A DNA stretch of 64,000 bases from Microthyrium microscopicum (Eukaryota): contig MU004230.1 in assembly GCA_010405405.1 (NCBI GenBank), positions 1,708,627 through 1,772,626 of the forward strand, given 5' to 3'. Each line of letters opens with the position of its first letter. Within the stretch, counting starts at the first letter, position 1. Made by a program: the position numbers and the translations under genes. The notes under the pieces are model-generated. The model was given only the letters and a program-made list of their open reading frames with translations. It did not search any database and had not been told where the DNA came from. Shown piece after piece: positions 47,785-61,723 of the stretch.

Positions 47785-50418
47785 ATGTATCTCCCGCGCT
47801 CCCTAATATCGCACCTGTACAATGATCTCGTCCGGTCTCGTACATCTCTCTCGCCTTCGGTGCTGGTTCTCGTTTCACTCGAGCCTGACGCGTTATGTGC
47901 ATGCCGAATCCTCACGTCGCTTTTCAAGAATGACTATGTTCAACACAACATAAAACCTATTGCAGGTTATGCTGACCTCGCTCGGGTTGGGGAGGAGGTG
48001 ATCCGCCCAATGCGAACCACGGAAGGTGGCAGTGGTGGTGTTGTCGTCTGTCTCGGCGTGGGCGGTCTCGTAGATCTCGAGACTATCCTTGGCCTTGAAG
48101 TTGATGATGATGGCAATGGTGGTATGGGTGGTTTAGATGTCTGGGTGTTCGATGCACGACGTCCATGGAATTTAGCCAACGTGTTTGGCATGCAAAGTCG
48201 CGTCGAGCAGGTCAACGGCGAAGCAGTCTCGAGGATTGCAGGCGTAGAACACGGCAAGATTCTACAAACATTTAAACCTGGCGAAGGCGGCATTATAGTC
48301 TTTGACGATGGCGATATTGAGGAGGAGCTCAGAGCTGAAAAGGAAGCCTACTGTGCACTAGCTGAAATGCCAGATGTTGACGAAGAAGATGATGGAGACG
48401 ATTCAGACGACTCTGATGCAGGATCAGACCACGACGCAGACGACATGATACCTGAGTCAGGTCAGCCACAGATTGCGGATAGCGATGAAAGCGACAAGAG
48501 CTCGATAGGGGAGAAAAGAAAGCGAAGATCATCTCCCCAATTTAGTGACGACGACCACGAAGACAGTGATCCCGAAGAAGGAACGCCGAATAAAAGAAGA
48601 CGAAGCAACTCCTCATCACCGTTACCCTCATCTTCCCGACCGGCTGCCAGATCGCTAATGATACTATCCAAGCCAAATGACCAGCAAGTTGGTCAGCACG
48701 CCGAAGCATCAACGCATGGACAGCCTTCAGCCAAGAAATTGCGCAAACAGCTACTTAAGTTAAAGAGAAAACATGACTCTGTACTTCGAAAATACTACAA
48801 CCTAGGCGCTTCGTATTCAGAACCTATCTCATCACTCATGTGGAATCTAGCCTCTGAACTTGGTCGAGATAGCAATGACTTGCTATGGCTAGCCATTGTT
48901 GGGGTGAGCAGCGGGCAAATATCTGGCAGAACCGCCAGCGGCATTGGACTTTCACCAATTTCTACGTCTGGAACCTTATCGAGTTGGACCAAGGATCGTG
49001 GGGAGCGCATTCGCGCAATCTTTCGAGATGAAGTTCGTCGTCTCAACCCTACAGATCTTCGTGATCTAGCTCGCGAAGTAGGTGGTGATACTGGCATCAT
49101 ACCAACAAGAGCATACAGTCCCACCGATAATTCCATCAGATTGACACCCGAGCCCAGATTCCTTCTTGTCAGGCATTGGTCATTATATGACAGCATGCTC
49201 CACTCGCCATACCTTTCTGCCAAACTACACATCTGGAGTGACGCTGGCAAACGCAAAATGCACAAACTACTTGCAAAAATGGGGGTTAGCATTCAACAAA
49301 GTAAACAGAACTACCAACACATGGACATGGAAATTAAGCGGGGTCTTGGTGAGAAGCTTGTTCGATTCGCTCCTCAGTATGGCCTTGAAGGTCTCGTACC
49401 GCCTGAGACTCGGCTCAACAGCAAAGAAGGCTGGGGTTTCGTTCGATGTTGGGGCTGGAAAGCTTGCCTCAGCGCAATAGACTCTGGAATCATACTCGGA
49501 GCCATTCTCGAAGTTGGTGACATGGATGTTAAAACTGCAGCAGAGCAAGCTCGCAATGCTGCTCTACAATCTGCTGCTCACTCTGGCACCAGCACGCCTT
49601 CCAACAACCAAGATGCTCCTTTGCAAGGGGCCAAAGCTCCTACCCCTGCACAAGCACAGCTTTCTCGCGAAGAGTCTTTGCTCCGGCGCTTCTGGTCGGC
49701 CTACGATGCACTCGGGGACGTTATGCAGCTCACCTCAGCTATACCCACAGCACAACATTTGCATCGTGCTATCCTTCGGACCGGCACATCACTCATTGAG
49801 AAGCGACAAATTCGCCATCTTCGCGCTTTCCGCATGGCAGTCGTGAAGGAAGGACCAGATGTCGCATTGTTCACACATCCAGGTGCACTAGTCAAGTTGG
49901 CCTTATGGCTAGCCGAAGCAATCAGCGAAATGGACAGCCTCAAAGGCGCACGAACTGGCGAGCTCGTCATGGCCGGTCTCGACGAAGCGCGTGGCGTCTA
50001 TGTTGTCGTTGGTCTCGGCGGTGGCAGCGCAGTAGCCAAAATGAAGGAGCGCGAAGCTAGAGTCGCCGAGCGTAAGAAAGAACGGGAGCGGACAAAGGCA
50101 GAGCGCAAGGCCGCCAAGGACAAGAAGCGTCAACAGCGTAAAGATCGGCTGGCGGCATTGGGCGAGAGCGATGCTGAGGACGAAGAAGATGACGAGACGG
50201 AAAGCGAAGCGAGTGAGAGCGAGGAGGAGAGTGAAGATGAAGAGGAAGCTCCTCGAGGCAAGGGTCTCAATCGATTTGGAAATGCGTTCCAGGAGGTTAT
50301 TGAGGAGACTGGCGTGCGTGTCAAGGTAGATAGCTTTGAGCACTGTGTGGTGGAGATTCGCAAGGAGGATCTTTCTGGGTTTTTAGAAAGTCTGTGCATG
50401 AAGGCGGTTGTGGGATAG
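47785..50418 (+). CDS. CDC45: DNA replication initiation factor Cdc45
   Basis: EPDALCACRIL, DARRPWNLANVF, FLLVRHWSLYDSM, LLAKMGVS, NRFGNAF motifs; single exon. Confidence 0.95.
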   Translation: MYLPRSLISHLYNDLVRSRTSLSPSVLVLVSLEPDALCACRILTSLFKNDYVQHNIKPIAGYADLARVGEEVIRPMRTTEGGSGGVVVCLGVGGLVDLETILGLEVDDDGNGGMGGLDVWVFDARRPWNLANVFGMQSRVEQVNGEAVSRIAGVEHGKILQTFKPGEGGIIVFDDGDIEEELRAEKEAYCALAEMPDVDEEDDGDDSDDSDAGSDHDADDMIPESGQPQIADSDESDKSSIGEKRKRRSSPQFSDDDHEDSDPEEGTPNKRRRSNSSSPLPSSSRPAARSLMILSKPNDQQVGQHAEASTHGQPSAKKLRKQLLKLKRKHDSVLRKYYNLGASYSEPISSLMWNLASELGRDSNDLLWLAIVGVSSGQISGRTASGIGLSPISTSGTLSSWTKDRGERIRAIFRDEVRRLNPTDLRDLAREVGGDTGIIPTRAYSPTDNSIRLTPEPRFLLVRHWSLYDSMLHSPYLSAKLHIWSDAGKRKMHKLLAKMGVSIQQSKQNYQHMDMEIKRGLGEKLVRFAPQYGLEGLVPPETRLNSKEGWGFVRCWGWKACLSAIDSGIILGAILEVGDMDVKTAAEQARNAALQSAAHSGTSTPSNNQDAPLQGAKAPTPAQAQLSREESLLRRFWSAYDALGDVMQLTSAIPTAQHLHRAILRTGTSLIEKRQIRHLRAFRMAVVKEGPDVALFTHPGALVKLALWLAEAISEMDSLKGARTGELVMAGLDEARGVYVVVGLGGGSAVAKMKEREARVAERKKERERTKAERKAAKDKKRQQRKDRLAALGESDAEDEEDDETESEASESEEESEDEEEAPRGKGLNRFGNAFQEVIEETGVRVKVDSFEHCVVEIRKEDLSGFLESLCMKAVVG

Positions 50419-50977
50419 AATGTTGAAGGTCCACAGTAATGAGTTTGGTATGGACATTGGGTAGTTTGGGCATATACAATTTATGACACGTTTTTATTGC
50501 ATAATGGAACGCCATCTTTTCAGTCTACTTTAACGAGATCATCGCAATCGTAGTTGACCGAACTGACGATGTGTGTGAAGGTAGTAAAATGGAAATGAAG
50601 CACAATTTTCAGCCTTGCTGAAGGACCAATAAGGCTGAAGATGAGGAGAAACCCTAGCCCTGGCGTCGATTGTTCTTGCCTTGCTTGCCAAGATCTCTGG
50701 GCCGCGCTTGCGTCGTCAACTTTGCCAGGATGTATGCAGCTTGAGCGCAGAGCTGTGCTGTCGGCCTCAATCCTTCCACGATCCACCACTCCATCACTCT
50801 CTAGGCTTCCGGCTTGTCATCTTGCTGCTACTAATAAAAGCTCAGGTGTACACGTCGTCTGCCACACCTCCCTACCAACCTTTCTCTTCCCCGCAAACTA
50901 CTACTCCATTCTTATACCTAAACCATTGTCGCAATCCTACTGCCCAACCTCTCCGCTTGCTTTGCTGGCTAGCCATC

Positions 50978-53900
50978 ATGTACGGGCCAACTCGCAATGT
51001 CGATATGACAAAGTATGTCAACCTATCGCTTCGAGCGCCGGCTTGTGTGTATTGTACAATGCTAATGAATAGCTAGACAAGAAGGCGAATTGGCCATCAA
51101 CATCAAGAAGGCGACCAATACAGGTTTGTGCCTTCAGCCTAGTAAACTTTCTATCAAGCTAACTCGAGAATCACAGATGAGACAGCGCCAAAACGTATAT
51201 CCTATCACTCTTCCATTATAATCATCAAGCTCACCTGAAGCTAGGCAAGCATGTACGAGCTTGTATCGTCTATACTTGGGATCACAAATCCTCGCTGTCT
51301 TTCTGGGCAGGAATGAAAGTGTACGCTCAACATCACAACTCTTATTGTGAAACACATGCTAAGACATCCCCAATAGACAGCCAATCCTCGCCGACGAAGT
51401 CCAAACCTTTAAAGCCCTCATTACCGTACACAAAGTCCTACAAGAAGGTCACCCAGTGGCCTTGAAAGAAGCCCAAGCCAATGTTGGATGGCTTGAAAGC
51501 TTGCGACGAGGAGCTGGACACGGCGAAGGTGTGCGCGGATATGGAAAGCTTATTGAAGAATACGTTTTCTTCTTGCGCGCAAAGCTAGCATTTCATCGAC
51601 AGCATCAAGAGTTCAATGGTACAACTCTTCGAACCACTCTCACAATTACAGCTAACTCCTTCTAGGAACGTTTGAATACGAAGAGTATATCAGCTTGAAG
51701 AGCATCAATGACCCAAATGAGGGGTATGTAAATTCCTAGTCTTCTGGATTGATTAGCTGACCAATGATAGATATGAAACTATTACCGACCTCATGACCCT
51801 TCAAGATCAAATCGACAATTTCCAGAAGCTTATCTTCGCGCACATTCCTCATACTGCTCACAGTGAATGCCGTATATCGGCGTTGGTTCCATTGGTCCAG
51901 GAAAGCTATGGAATCTACAAATTCATTACCAGCATGCTACGAGCTATGCACACAACTCTAGGTGACGATGATGCATTGGCACCACTTCGGGAACGATATA
52001 ACATGCAACATTACCGATTGGTCAAATTTTACTACGAGTGTGGTCAGTTGCGATATCTCACTAGTTTAATCACGGTTCCAAGGCTGCCGCAGGATCCTCC
52101 AGGTCTGCTAGCTGAGGATGACGAGAGACCCGGTCTGCCCAATCGGCCTGCCAAAGAAATTGAAAAGCCACCAACTCCCGACAAGGTCATAGACCGCGCA
52201 CCACCGATTGATCCAGAACCAATAAACGAGTTCTGGAAGAACCAAGATGCATTTGCAGATGAGCAGCGAAGACTTCAAGAACAGTTCGAAGCTGAGCGTC
52301 GAGCTCAAGAAGAACGTGAGAGACAAGCGCAATTGGACTTTGAGAATCAACAACGAGCTCAAGCAGAACAACAGAGGCTTGAGCAAGAACGTCTTCAGCA
52401 ACAGCTTCAGAATCAACAAACGTACGGTCGCATGGCAGATCTGGAGCGCGAGAATCTTGCCGCCAGAGCCCGGTATGAGCAAGATCAATTGATGCTTCAA
52501 CAGTATGACCGAAAACTCCAAGCTCTAGAAGCAGAGCTCGCCCAATTGCAAGCGAATTATCAACAGCAGAACAATTCCAAGGATGAGCAGATTCGAGCCC
52601 TTCAAGAATCGGTCAACACATGGCGCAACAAGTATGAATCTTTGGCAAAATTATATTCTCAACTACGGACTGAGCATCTCGAACTGCTTCAAAAGTTCAA
52701 GGGTGTTCAAGCCAAGGCTGCTTCGGCCCAGGAAGCGATTGACCAACGCGAGAAATTGCAGCGCGAGCTGAAGCAAAAGAATTTGGATCTTGCTAACATG
52801 CTCCGAGAACGCGATCGTGCAATGCTGGACAAGGACCGAGTAACTGGCGGTCACAAGGACGAGCTCGACAAACTCAACCGAGAACTTAGATTCGCTAGAG
52901 ACAAGGCCGAGGATGCCGAGCGTGCGAAAGGAGCTGAATTGGGAGTCGTCATCAACAGATACCAGAGAGAGATCTCAGATCTTGAGGAGCTTCTTCGTCA
53001 ACGCGAAAAGGCGCTGGACGGTATGCGCGATAGCGGTGAGCTTGATGAGCTTCGCCGTCAATTGCGCGAGAAGGATGATCAAATTGAGATCGTCCAAGCT
53101 GGCATGGATCAAACCATTCTCGAGCTTAATGCGCTTCGACAACTTCACGAGGCCAACGATCAAGTCATCGATGGCCAGCTCGACTCTGTTGTCTTGGACA
53201 GCATTCGCAAGATCAACGATATCATTGATTCAGTCCTTCAAAGCGGTGTTCAACGAGTGGACGACTCCATTTACGAGCTTGATTCTTCAATGCAGGCTGG
53301 TAACCAGAATGCTTCTGGTGCCTATGTTCTCTCTCAGATCGAGAAGGCAGCACAAAATGCCATGGAGTTCTCTACTGCATTCCGGGAGTTCATCGCGGAT
53401 GGACATAATCACAATCACGCCGAAATCATTCGTACAGTCAACCTATTTTCTGGCTCCATCTCTGACGTCTTGAGCAACACCAAGGGATTGCAGCGCTTTG
53501 CTTCTGATGACCGAAAGGGTGATCAGCTTATCAACGCCGCACGAAAGTCTGCTCAATCAACTATCAAGTTCTTCCGTGACTTGCAATCTTTCCGTCTAAC
53601 AGGCCTCGACGACCATCAAAAGCAAGATGTTATCATTCATAATAATGGGGACGTCCAATTAAACCTCCAGAACCTCTCAAAGCTGGCGGACGCTTTCGCT
53701 CCAAAGAGCAAGATTACTAACCAATCTGGTGACCTTGGAGACTTGGTTGATCAGGAAATGACCAATGCCGCGAAGGCTATCGACGCGGCTGCTGCTCGCC
53801 TCCAAGCTCTCATGAACAAGCCAAGAGACGCATATTCCACCTATGAGCTCAAGATTCACGAGTAAGTACTTTTTGATCATACCTCTGTAGCCTGACTAAC

Positions 53901-54488
53901 AATGACAGCTCCATCATCAACGCAGCAATTGCCATTACCAACGCCATTGCTCAACTCATCAAGGCGGCCACCGACTCCCAGCAAGAAATCGTTCGCGAAG
54001 GCAAAGGTTCTTCCAGCCGTGCTGCCTTCTACAAGAAACACAACCGCTGGACCGAGGGTCTCATCAGTGCCGCCAAAGCTGTCGCTAATTCGACTAACTT
54101 ACTCATCGAGACAGCTGACGGTGTCATCTCCGGCCACAAGACACCCGAGCAACTTATTGTCGCCTCTAACGATGTTGCCGCATCCACTGCTCAACTGGTC
54201 GCTGCCAGTCGTGTCAAGGCTAGCTTGATGAGCAAGACTCAAGAACGTCTTGAGACTGCGAGCCGTGCTGTCACACAAGCTTGCCGCAGCTTGGTTCGCC
54301 AAGTGCAAGACATTATTGCTCAGCGCGATCAAGATGCGGATAATGTGGATTATAGCAAGCTCAGTCGACATGAGTTGACGACAACGGAAATGGAGCAGCA
54401 GGTGGAGATTTTGACGCTGGAGAATAAGTTGGGCCAGGCCCGGACACGGTTGGGTGAGATGCGTAAGCTGGCGTACCAGGATGAGTGA
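50978..54488 (+). CDS. SLA2: Endocytic adaptor Sla2/End4 (ANTH, coiled-coil, THATCH), multi-exon including an 18-nt micro-exon ~51177-51194
   Basis: ETAPKRKHVRACIVYTWDH, FKALITVHKVLQEGHP, RWTEGLISAAKAVA, VAASTAQLVAASRVKA, EMEQQVEILTLE. Confidence 0.95.
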
Positions 54489-54849
54489 TGAGATGAGGCG
54501 TAAGTGTACGTGGTGGGTCAACTCATTCATTTTGGCTTGACGCGTCTTGGCTGTCAGAGAGATACATACCTCCATTCCGCCTGATCGTTGCTGGCTATAT
54601 GCCAGCATATGGAGCGCGGAGTTTCAGGTTGTGGATATTCGGATCTTTGCTCCAAGACTTGAAATGGCACTTGATTTTACTCCCTTTGTGTGCAAGTTGG
54701 ATTTGGCGTGAGTATGATGTACAAGACTGTATATATCCTGGACACACATGTTCATGTTTGCGTTGTGTAAAATGACTAACTGGGGGTATCATTTGAGCTT
54801 TAATCTGCCCATTTCGCTATATAAAAAGTTTTACTTCCTCCAAGTTCTA

Positions 54850-56253
54850 TCAATCCATCAACTGTTCTGAACTCATCATTTTGGCCATGGGATCTGCGGC
54901 ATTGGTGCGTTTCCGCCGGTAATTTTCCATCTCTTCCTCTGTTATACCGTCTGTCATCTCGGTGATGGTGCGTTTCCGCTTTGCTGTCTCGGCTTCTGTG
55001 TCGCGCGGTTTGGTAGGCTTTTCTTTTGAAGATGGTGCTTCGATCGCGAGCTGCTCGACTTCCTCTTCAGCAGCATCGCCGTCTACTATGCCAGCCTTTA
55101 GTCGTTTCTCGGCCTCGAATGCTTCTTTGCCGGCGTCGCCAGTGCAGTAGCTGTTTTTGACTGTGGAGTGACAGCATGAATAGCCCCAGCTGAAAGCGGA
55201 CCACCAGCTTCCCCATACGCTCGTGTGATTGTTGGGATATACATCTTCGGCATACTTGCTCATCGGCTTGACCTTGGGCGCTCCTTTGACACCGCCTGAT
55301 TCATCGTACTCGACAAACGTCTCTGACTCGGTAACCATGAGATCTTTACCGGGAGCAACACCGAGATGTTCATCGCCGCCGTATTTGTCGAGCAGCGCTT
55401 TGCGATGAGCCGCTTTCTTGGCTTCTGCCTCACCGGCTTCTTTCTTGAGCGCGAGTTCGCCAGCGGTTGGATTTGCCTGGAGATGTATTTTCGCACCCGC
55501 CTCTTGTCGTTCCCATGCATATCTCTGTGCTTTCTCAAACTCCGCCGCATCACCACCTTTGCGAACGAAGCCCTCCTCCGCAACCAGCTTCGCATCATCT
55601 CCTGTTCCCTTGCCAGTCCCCTCCTCCGCCGCCGCCAGCGATCTTGTCTTGGGATCATACTGTGCGCCATCCAAATCGAGATTGAGGAGATACTTCGCCG
55701 TGTCCTCCCTTAATCTCAAATTCCTCGTACTAGTACTCTGCTGTCTCCCCATATCCGTCTCCTCCTCATACCGATCCCCCTCGCCCTCACCCTCCACCTC
55801 CCCACCCCTCCTCAACGCATCCAACTCATTATACTCATCCACCACTTTCTGATACTCGTCCTTACTAAACCCATTCCACCGATCCCGCTTCGCATCCCAC
55901 CCCAACTTGACATCCATAACCACCTCATCCGCCTGAATATCCGCGCCCGTCCATTTCGCACCTTGCTTGCGCGGCCGACTAAGACAGTCTTTTTTCTTAT
56001 GTGTCATTGCGCCGCAGTTTTCGCACGCGCCCTTGCGGTATTTGGTCGCGGCAGGTCCGCGCTTGGCACCGCGGTCGTACCATTTGGAGGTGGGGTCTGT
56101 TTCGTGGGCTTTTTGGAGACGTTGATGGGTTAGGTAGTCGTCGGTGGAGTCGGCGGGGACGTAGAAGGGGGCGTTGGCGATGAAGGAGGGGATGTATTGA
56201 TTCTTTTCGGTGTTTTGCTGGGCTTCTGTTGGGGGTTTGCTTGGTGGCGCCAT
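54850..56253 (-). CDS. SLU7: Pre-mRNA splicing factor Slu7
   Basis: NQYIPSFI, zinc knuckle [47 protein letters not shown]. Confidence 0.95.
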   Translation of the reverse strand: MAPPSKPPTEAQQNTEKNQYIPSFIANAPFYVPADSTDDYLTHQRLQKAHETDPTSKWYDRGAKRGPAATKYRKGACENCGAMTHKKKDCLSRPRKQGAKWTGADIQADEVVMDVKLGWDAKRDRWNGFSKDEYQKVVDEYNELDALRRGGEVEGEGEGDRYEEETDMGRQQSTSTRNLRLREDTAKYLLNLDLDGAQYDPKTRSLAAAEEGTGKGTGDDAKLVAEEGFVRKGGDAAEFEKAQRYAWERQEAGAKIHLQANPTAGELALKKEAGEAEAKKAAHRKALLDKYGGDEHLGVAPGKDLMVTESETFVEYDESGGVKGAPKVKPMSKYAEDVYPNNHTSVWGSWWSAFSWGYSCCHSTVKNSYCTGDAGKEAFEAEKRLKAGIVDGDAAEEEVEQLAIEAPSSKEKPTKPRDTEAETAKRKRTITEMTDGITEEEMENYRRKRTNAADPMAKMMSSEQLMD

Positions 56254-56615
56254 TTTGGCTAGTGATACTTGCTATTTTGGGCGTGAGCGAAAGTTGTTGT
56301 TGGGATGTGAGAGAGTTGAAGGTTGATCAAATGTTCAAGTTTTGGGGAGAGGCGAAAGGTCATGAAATCTTTCGGGCTAGGGCTTGTGTTGGTTCCATGG
56401 TTGCACCTTCCCAAGCCGCGTCGCTCTGTAAGCCTGGTAGCTTCTACACACCATTCACTGTTACAACCACTCTATCAACTTTCAACATTCGACAACCATT
56501 CACCTATCTTTTCCTTCGCTACTCGCTCATACACTCGATTCAGCTACTGATACCTCTCTTTATCTTACGGACCCCACATACCCTCTAGCGCCCCGTCAAA
56601 AGGGAAGCTGTCAAC

Positions 56616-58084
56616 ATGCCCTCAGCTACCGGACAAGATTGGGAGAAGTTCCAGAAGAAGTTTGCCGACGACGAAGTAGAAGAAAAGAAGATCACACCTC
56701 TCTCCGATGAGTGCGTAACTCCACCGTATAGGTAGATGGATGAAGTGCTGACGGTAATAGGGATATTCAAGTACTCAAAACATATGGCGCCGCCCCCTAC
56801 GCTGCGGAACTGCGGAAGCTCGAGAAGGATATCAAAGAAAAGCAGAACAGTGTGAACGAAAAGATTGGTATGTACTATAGTTTCTGCATTGTAATGATGA
56901 AAACTGACTGGATGAAGGCGTAAAGGAATCAGACACTGGCCTAGCGCCTCCACATCTCTGGGATATCGCCGCCGACCGGCAACGAATGCAAGAAGAACAA
57001 CCACTACAGGTTGCAAGATGTACAAAGATTATCCAGGACGAAAAGGACCCCGAGAAGAGCAAATATGTCATCAATGTCAAGCAGATTGCCAAGTTTGTTG
57101 TGAACTTGGGCGAGCGAGTCAGTCCTACAGATATCGAAGAGGGCATGCGGGTTGGGTACGATATACATTCTTGAACTTGAAGGCGCACGACTAACTATAT
57201 CTAGTGTTGATCGAAACAAGTACCAAATCCTGATGCCTCTTCCTCCCAAGATCGACCCCTCAGTTACGATGATGACGGTCGAAGACAAGCCCGATGTCAC
57301 TTATGGAGATGTTGGTGGATGCAAAGAACAAATAGAAAAGCTACGTGAAGTAGTAGAGATGCCACTTCTATCACCCGAGCGATTTGTTAGTCTCGGTATC
57401 GATCCACCAAAAGGTGCCCTTCTCTACGGACCACCCGGCACAGGAAAGACGCTATGTGCGCGAGCTGTAGCCAACCGAACCGACGCTACCTTTATTCGAG
57501 TCATTGGCAGTGAGTTGGTGCAAAAGTACGTTGGAGAGGGTGCTCGTATGGTTCGCGAACTATTCGAGATGGCGCGAACGAAAAAGGCATGCATCATCTT
57601 CTTTGACGAGATTGACGCCATTGGTGGCGCCCGTTTCGATGATGGTGCTGGCGGTGACAACGAAGTCCAACGAACTATGTTGGAGTTGATTACACAACTG
57701 GACGGTTTCGACTCGCGAGGCAACATCAAGGTCATGTTTGCGACCAATCGACCGTCTACCCTTGATCCAGCCCTTATGCGACCTGGCCGTATTGATCGTA
57801 AGATCGAATTCTCCCTGCCCGACATGGAGGGCCGCGCAAACATCTTGCGTATTCACGCAAAGAGTATGTCAGTGGAGCGGGATATTCGCTGGGAGCTCAT
57901 TTCACGTATGTGTCCCAACTCGACAGGTGCAGAGCTGCGTAGTGTTGCGACTGAAGCGGGCATGTTTGCGATTCGGGGTCGGCGCAAGGTGGCCACTGAG
58001 AAGGACTTTTTGGCAGCGGTGGACAAGGTCATCCAGAAGAACCGCAAGTTTAACTCGACGGCGGAATACATGCAGTATAATTAA
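56616..58084 (+). CDS. RPT1: 26S proteasome AAA-ATPase Rpt1 (Cim5), 4 exons
   Basis: [49 protein letters not shown]-terminal YMQYN. Confidence 0.95.
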
Positions 58085-58609
58085 AGGGTGGATAGTGCAG
58101 GTATAATGAGAAGAAGCGATGTGTGAGTCGAGTGACAGTGTAATAGTACTACCAATAGACATGGCATGAATCCTTCTTTGATTATGAACTTCAATGTGCC
58201 TTGCTTTAAATCATTACTACAGCGACCTAGCTTTGCTCCAATTCAGAACGTTGCTAGAGAAGAGCAGCGACTTCTACTGTCATGAACGACTTTGGTGATG
58301 TCGCGGCAATCTCGGGCTGTGATTGGATGACTAGAGCGTACAGGCATTGTCAAGGGGGAAGAAGGAACGACCAACTTGTCATCTGGCATCTTCAACAACA
58401 TTTGAACTGAGAACTTTCTCACCCACCATTCAATTCTAAACCATCCTTTCCTTCAACCATTGCCTTTGCAAGTCTGCTCATAGCATCGAGCAAGCCCATT
58501 GTCGTACTCGTTGACTCAGAGTGCGCGTGGCCTTTTCGCGACTTCCTCGCGGAACCCCCATCTCTTGGCCTCCACACTTTTTTTCCTGGTTTAACCTTTC
58601 ATTCACAAA

Positions 58610-61025
58610 ATGTCAACTCCGCCGCCCGAGTTACGGCAGAGAAAAGCTGCAAGCAGTAAAAAGAAACAGAATACAGAGCATCATGTTGTTGATTCAGAGA
58701 ATGCTGTACTGGCCAAAGTCCAACAGCAGCTTCAAGCTGGGAAACAGTCGGAATGGGACTATAAGCTCGCTCTCGTTATCATAACCATTGGTGCTTTCAT
58801 CACTCGATTCTGGGGCATATCACATCCGAATCAAGTGGTGTTTGATGAAGTCCATTTTGGAAAGGTATGAGAAACTCATCCTGTTGGATGTCCTTTGCTA
58901 ATAGCTTCTAGTTCGCATCGTATTATCTCCAACGAACCTACTTTTTCGATGTACATCCTCCCTTTGGCAAGCTCCTCTACGCATTTACCGGGTGGCTAGT
59001 CGGCTACAAAGGCGACTTTCTTTTCGAAAATATCGGCGATTCTTACATCACGAACAAGGTCCCATATGTCGCATACCGTTCTCTACCTGCCCTTCAAGGT
59101 GCCTTGACAGTCTCTTCTGTCTTCTGGATCATGTGGGAATCAGGATACTCTCTTCCTGCGACTCTGGCTGCCACTGGAATCATGCTCTTTGATAACGCAC
59201 ATATTGGTCAGACTCGTTTGATCTTGCTGGATGCCACTCTCATCCTTTTCATGGCTCTCAGTCTCTTGTGCTACGTTCGATTCTACAAGCTTAGACACAT
59301 TCCATTTACTAGGAAATGGTGGAAATGGCTGCTGCTTACTGGAACATGTCTCAGCTGTGTCATTTCTACCAAGTACGTCGGTGTCTTTTCCTTTGTCAGC
59401 ATTGGTGTACCGGTCTGCTTTGATTTGTGGGAGTTGCTTGATGTCAACCGCCGACGTGGAACACTTTCCCTACCAGAATTTGGACGTCACTTTGCGGCTC
59501 GTGTCGTTGGTTTGATTCTCATCCCATTCCTTCTCTATCTCTTCTGGTTCCAGGTTCATTTCACTATTCTCAACCGATCTGGTCCAGGTGACGATTTCAT
59601 GACACCTGAGTTTCAGCAAACCCTTTCCGATAATGTCATGAACTCTGCATCGGTCGGAATCCAATATGGCGATAGTATTACTATGAAGCACAAGGAGACC
59701 AAAGTTTTCTTGCACAGTCATGATGAGAAATATCCTCTTCGATATGAAGATGGACGTATCTCCAGTCAAGGTCAACAAGTTACTGGATACCCCCACAATG
59801 ACACCAACAATTTCTGGGAAATCCAACCAGCCTCTGAATATGACACAAAGCGCGGCTCCTCGGTTCGCAATGGCGATGTTGTCCGACTTTTGCATATCGG
59901 CACTCAGCACGTGCTTCTCACCCACGATGTTGCTTCGCCATACTACCCAACCAACCAAGAGTTCACGGCAGTCCCTCTAGAAGTGGCTAACACGGAACGA
60001 TTCAACGACACGCTCTTCGAGCTCAAGATTGAAAACGGCAAACCTGGTCAGGAGTTCCGAACTATGGCGTCCCATTTCAAACTCGTCCATGTTCCGACTA
60101 AAGTCGCCATGTGGACCCATACCACTCCTCTGCCAGAGTGGGCCTTCAAACAAGCTGAGATCAATGGTAACAAGAACATCTTGCAATCGAGCAACGCCTG
60201 GTTTGTCGAAGCCATCACAAACCTCCCAGCCGACAACGATCGTATTAGTAAGGAGCCACGCAAGGTCAAGACAATGCCATTTCTCAAGAAATACCTTGAG
60301 CTACAGCGTGCCATGTTCTTCCACAATAATGCTCTTACCAGCAGCCATCCCTACGCCAGTGTACCCATCCAGTGGCCCTTCCTACTCCGTGGTGTCTCTT
60401 TCTGGACCGAGAACGACACCCGCCAACAAATCTACTTCCTCGGCAACCCAATCGGATGGTGGATCGCTAGCAGTCTCCTCGCCGTCTTCGCCGGCATCGT
60501 TGGTGCAGACCAACTCGCCCTCCGCCGTGGTCTAGACGTTTTAGACGAGCGTAAGCTTTCACCCTTTCATTTGACGTAACTCCTTACTAACATAACCCAG
60601 GTACCCGTCGCCGTCTCTACAACTCCACCGGCTTCTTCTTCCTTACCTGGGCAGCCCACTACTTTCCCTTCTTCATCATGGGCCGCCAACTCTTTCTCCA
60701 TCACTACCTACCTGCCCACCTCGCGTCTGCGCTCGTTACTGGCGCTCTCGTGGAATTCATTTTCAATGTCGAGCCTCTTAGCCCAGAGGATATCAACGCC
60801 AACAAGAAGAAGGGCTCAACTGCCGCGTCCACCCACACACCTATTCGCCAGCGTCTGTCAAATGGCAGTTTGTTGCCAGCGTGGGCGGCCACGGGTGTCA
60901 TTTGGGCGGCGGTTGTGTGGTGCTTTTGGTTCTTTGCGCCGCTTACGTATGGTAAACCTGGTTTGAGCGTGGACCAGGTCTTGTCGCGCAAGTGGCTAGG
61001 GTATGACTTGCATTTCGCGAAATAG
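58610..61025 (+). CDS. PMT4: Dolichyl-phosphate-mannose protein O-mannosyltransferase, PMT4 subfamily; introns ~58865-58910, 60551-60600
   Basis: VVFDEVHFGKFASYY, FDVHPP, LRYEDGRISSQGQQVTGY, RQLFLHHYLPA. Confidence 0.9.
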
Positions 61026-61549
61026 ATGCGATTAGATTAGTGATAGCGTGATTAAGGGAGAGGAGGTGTGATTATAGTGTAAGTGGAGTGTGGGCAAAAG
61101 GGTGTTCTCATCTTTGGGTGGCGCTGATGTATATTAGATGTGGTGTTTGGGTGCGTTCTCTACTGTGTCTTAATATTGTAGGTAGCAATCTTGTTCTCCT
61201 TTCACTTGACCGAGATCTATTTCCATTCGCTAGGTATGAATGTTGAGCGTATTTTGACTCCAGAGTCACAATTCATGAATACTGAAGCGGTTCCTCAAGT
61301 CTTGTGGTTAGAGTCATTGATTTATCAGAAAGTTCGACAGCTTGAAACGACATCAACTACAAAATGAACAGAAAAACCATAATATACCTCATTATACTAG
61401 TAACCATTATGTTCGCGGTTACTTAGTTGCCTCCGCTGTTTCATACATGGCATGATAAGGACTTTATCGTTCCGTTAGACGCTATAATCCACAGCCACAG
61501 CAGAAATTCACGCTCAAATACTTTCGCTAGGTCACAAGCTATGTCGCCA

Positions 61550-61723
61550 CTAATGGGCATTGCACTCTGAAATTGTGGTCTCATAGATCCGTAGCACTCT
61601 TCGTGAAGTAGTGCTTTGCCTAAACTCCGTACATGCCTTCCCATTCAGTCCAAGTTTGTAGCAAGGAGCTAGGCGCGCTTCTACATGTGTACATGCAAAC
61701 GTAATGGTAACAAGATCACACAT
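61550..61723 (-). CDS. 57-aa Cys/His-rich micro-protein (MCDLVTITFACTHVEARLAPCYKLGLNGKACT...ECNAH)
   Basis: Motif identity with the 608-784 ORF; minus-strand TATAAA at 61822-61827. Confidence 0.6.
   Translation of the reverse strand: MCDLVTITFACTHVEARLAPCYKLGLNGKACTEFRQSTTSRRVLRIYETTISECNAH

Noticed and set aside
20849..58084. Apparent proteostasis cluster (UBE3D-like, RPN10, HSP70, RPT1)
   Set aside because: Genes are interspersed with unrelated functions; consistent with ordinary housekeeping gene order
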